Assembly: GCA_030390025.1 (NCBI GenBank)
Contig: CM059432.1
Coordinates: 10,292,001-10,356,000 of the forward strand
Reading direction: 5' to 3'
Origin: Squalus acanthias
Lineage: Eukaryota
Length of the DNA stretch: 64,000 nucleotides
The notes beneath the pieces are model-generated. The model ran no database searches. It had not been told where the DNA came from and saw only the letters and a list, made by a program, of their open reading frames with translations. Below, in pieces: positions 61,463 to 64,000 of this stretch; the first letter of the stretch is position 1; the number at the start of each line of letters is the position of its first letter. A program made the position numbers and the translations under genes.

Positions 61463-61731
61463 TTGACATTTAGACATTTAGCTGACGTTTAGAGAAAGTA
61501 ATGTTGTTTGTGCCATACATACCGATCAGAGCTGGTTTTCCCTACTCCTTTTGCCATCCTGGATTTTGCTATGCTTCACACACTTTGCCTCACCAAGGTG
61601 ACACACTGGAGATGTGCGCCTGCAAGCTTTGCAACTACTGTTCCATAGTGTAAGAACTAAGAATTTTTGGAAGCTGGAAAACCTCATTAGGCGCAACAAG
61701 CATTTCTGAGAGATTGGGTTTACGACATTAT

Positions 61732-62290
61732 ACGAACATAGGAACGTACGAACAATGACGGACAGGTAAAGGACCCTCTGGTCCATCCAGCCTGACCCAC
61801 ACAATTGCGATACCTTGTGTATCACAATATATAGACTCCCCAGCCCACCCGAAACCAGGTGATCTCCTGGGAGAGGTGAAAAAAACAGATAAAAACCTAG
61901 GCCAATTTGGGGAAATAAATCTGGGAAATTCCTCTCCGACCCATCTAGGCGATCGAAACTAGTCCAGGAGATCACTCTGGCCCTGAATTCCCTGCAGTGC
62001 CTACCTTCTGTAAGAGGTGATCTCCGCCCCAGCCAGAAACAGGTCCAGCTCTCGCTAGAAGGAATTCAGCGAGTCCGCGTCCACCGCACGAGACGACAGC
62101 CTGTTCCCGAGGTCCACTATTCTCTGGGAAAAGAACCACCTCCTGAAATCTAACCTAGCTCTGGCCTTACACAACTGAAAATTGTAACCGTGGTCCTCCC
62201 TAACCTATTTATTGGAACAAACTGTCAACTGGAACACAATCTATTCCCTTCATTATCTTATAAACCTCAATCAGATCACCTCTAAGTCTA
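61732..62290 (-). mobile_element. CR1-type LINE 3' end; resumes at 63727-63805
   Basis: Minus strand reads RGDLIEVYKIM...RTTV...WFFSQRIVDL; gaacatag-like tail. Confidence 0.65.
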
Positions 62291-63726
62291 GATGTCACTT
62301 TAATTCTCCGCACCATTCCCACTCAGACCTCACCGTCCTCGGCCTCTTGCATTGTTCCACTGAAGCTCAGCGTAAGCTCGAGGAACAGCAGCTCATCTTT
62401 CGATTAGGCCCTTTAGAGCCTTCTGGACTCAACATAGAGTTCAACAATTTCAGATCATAACCTCGGCCCTATCATATATATATTTTTTATCCACACTTTT
62501 TGTTTGTGCTCTGTTCTTCTCTCCCACATGGCAGCTGTCTTTCATTCTGCCAGCGCAATTTACACTTCATCTGAGCCATCCTTTGTTTCTTAACCTGTCC
62601 CATTACCATCCCCTATTGCCTTGAATATCTCTCAATGTCTCTTAACCTCTCCTGCCTTCTATCCTATCACAGACCTTCCCTTTTGTTCTTTCATCCCCTC
62701 TCCCCTTTCCCAGCCCCTACACTTGCTTAAAAATCTGTTCCATTTCCTGCTTATTTCCAGTTCTGACGAAAGGTCATCGACCTGAAACGTTGGGCAGAAT
62801 TTTCATTGAGCCGTGGAGGCGGGTTTGGAGGCGGGACTGGATTGAAAATAGCAGATTCGGGGGTCCCGACCCCATCCCGCCCCTAACCCGCCTCCATGCC
62901 AGTTTCACAGGAGGCGGGTACCCGACCTGTGCTGGGACCCGCCTCCCCGAGGCGGGAAGGGGATTAGTGCCAATTAACTGCCTGTTAACAGGTAGTTAAC
63001 AGGCAGTTTTTTGCCTAATCCCTATTTTTATGCCTGAAATGTGGGCTCTCTGACAGGTCCCAACCACGCCGGTTTAGCGAGGCGGACCGTGGGTCTGCAG
63101 GGGTTGGAGGGGTCGATATATCCGGTGGGCAGGTGAGTGATGGGTGCATGTGTGCAGAGGTAGGTGTGTAAGGTAAGTGTAAAGTGTGGAAAAAAGTTTT
63201 ACTTACCTTAACTTCCTCCTGCAGGTGTCAGCCCTTCAGGTCTCGGGAGTCAGAAATCTCACTGGCACAGAAAGCAGAATGGCCGTTAAGCTGTCAAAAG
63301 CTGCAGCCTCTGCTTTTTGTTCTGCAGAGATCTCTAAATCAGCCTGAGAGGAAGGAATTAACTTAGAGGACAGACTGTCAGTGTTTGACAGCTTCAAGGA
63401 GCTGTCAAACGCTGATATTTCATCTGTCAAAAGCTCTTGACAGATGAAATGTCAATCTGTGACGTCACCTGTTGCCGGGTGGCCCTTGATTGGCCTGCTA
63501 AGCCCGCTGGGCGGGCTCAACAAGGTCAATCAAGTGAAAATACAGTGGGTTGGCCACAAGTCGATGGAGGCGGGACTACAACCCAAAAAGTGGGAGTCCC
63601 GCCTCCATCACGTCCCCAGTTTCAAAATCTGTTTCTCTCTTCACAGATGCTGCCTGACCTGCTGAGTATCTCCAGAATTTTCTGTTTTTATTTCAGATTT
63701 CCAGCATCTGCAGCATTTTCTTTTTG
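62291..63726 (+). mobile_element. Penelope-like 3' fragment with hammerhead core (62759-62791), split by a MITE
   Basis: CHFNSPHHSHSDLTVLGL...EQQLIFRLG matches the ORF at 23264; perfect 14-bp duplication cacctctaagtcta (62277-62290 / 63727-63740). Confidence 0.9.
62792..63629. mobile_element. Harbinger-type MITE, family M2 (right tip deleted)
   Basis: First ~110 bp align with the reverse complement of 51190-51296 (ccgtggag.cgggtttggaggcg...gcagattcgggggtcccgaccccatcccg). Confidence 0.75.
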
Positions 63727-64000
63727 CACCTCTAAGTCTACGTTTCTCTAAAGTGTAGAGTCCCAACTCTTTTAGCCTATCTTGACAACTAAGATGCTTT
63801 AGACATCATGACGAACTGCGCCCAATCAGCGCAAGCCACCTAAAACAGGCATTAGGCCCCCTGAAGATGTTAATTTGGGGCCTAACACCTGGCGAAGGAT
63901 CCTCGTGTAAAATTAGTTACCGATAAGCAGGGAAGGCTTCAGGTCTCCGTCGCTCAGGATTCTTCAGTGGCTCCCATGGCCGCCAACTGCAGGTAAGTCT

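Overview
This is eukaryotic DNA, almost certainly from a shark or other cartilaginous fish (inferred from the repeat families). It is mostly nested, decayed transposable elements, and I recognise no intact host gene. Contents: many CR1- and L2-type LINE fragments, at least seven tRNA-headed Deu-domain SINEs (SacSINE1/AmnSINE1-like), Penelope-like element ends carrying minimal hammerhead-ribozyme motifs, and four PIF/Harbinger DNA transposons. The two most complete Harbingers have a spliced Myb/SANT gene convergent with a HARBI1-like DDE transposase. There are also several Harbinger-type MITEs, a Tc1/mariner-type MITE, two copies of an integrase-less Gypsy element and two ~1.4-1.5 kb solo LTRs. 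Most notable: (1) the same MITE family sits exactly at the predicted hammerhead cleavage site in two separate Penelope repeats; (2) a ~1.9 kb decayed minus-strand reading frame (1995-3900) that I cannot assign to any family; (3) a MITE family combining a covarying hairpin, promoter-like motifs and repeated splice donors; (4) two Gypsy copies sharing the same integrase deletion and an NQDN RT motif; (5) a short local inverted templated insertion. All coordinates were read by eye, and boundaries without TSD/TIR evidence are approximate.
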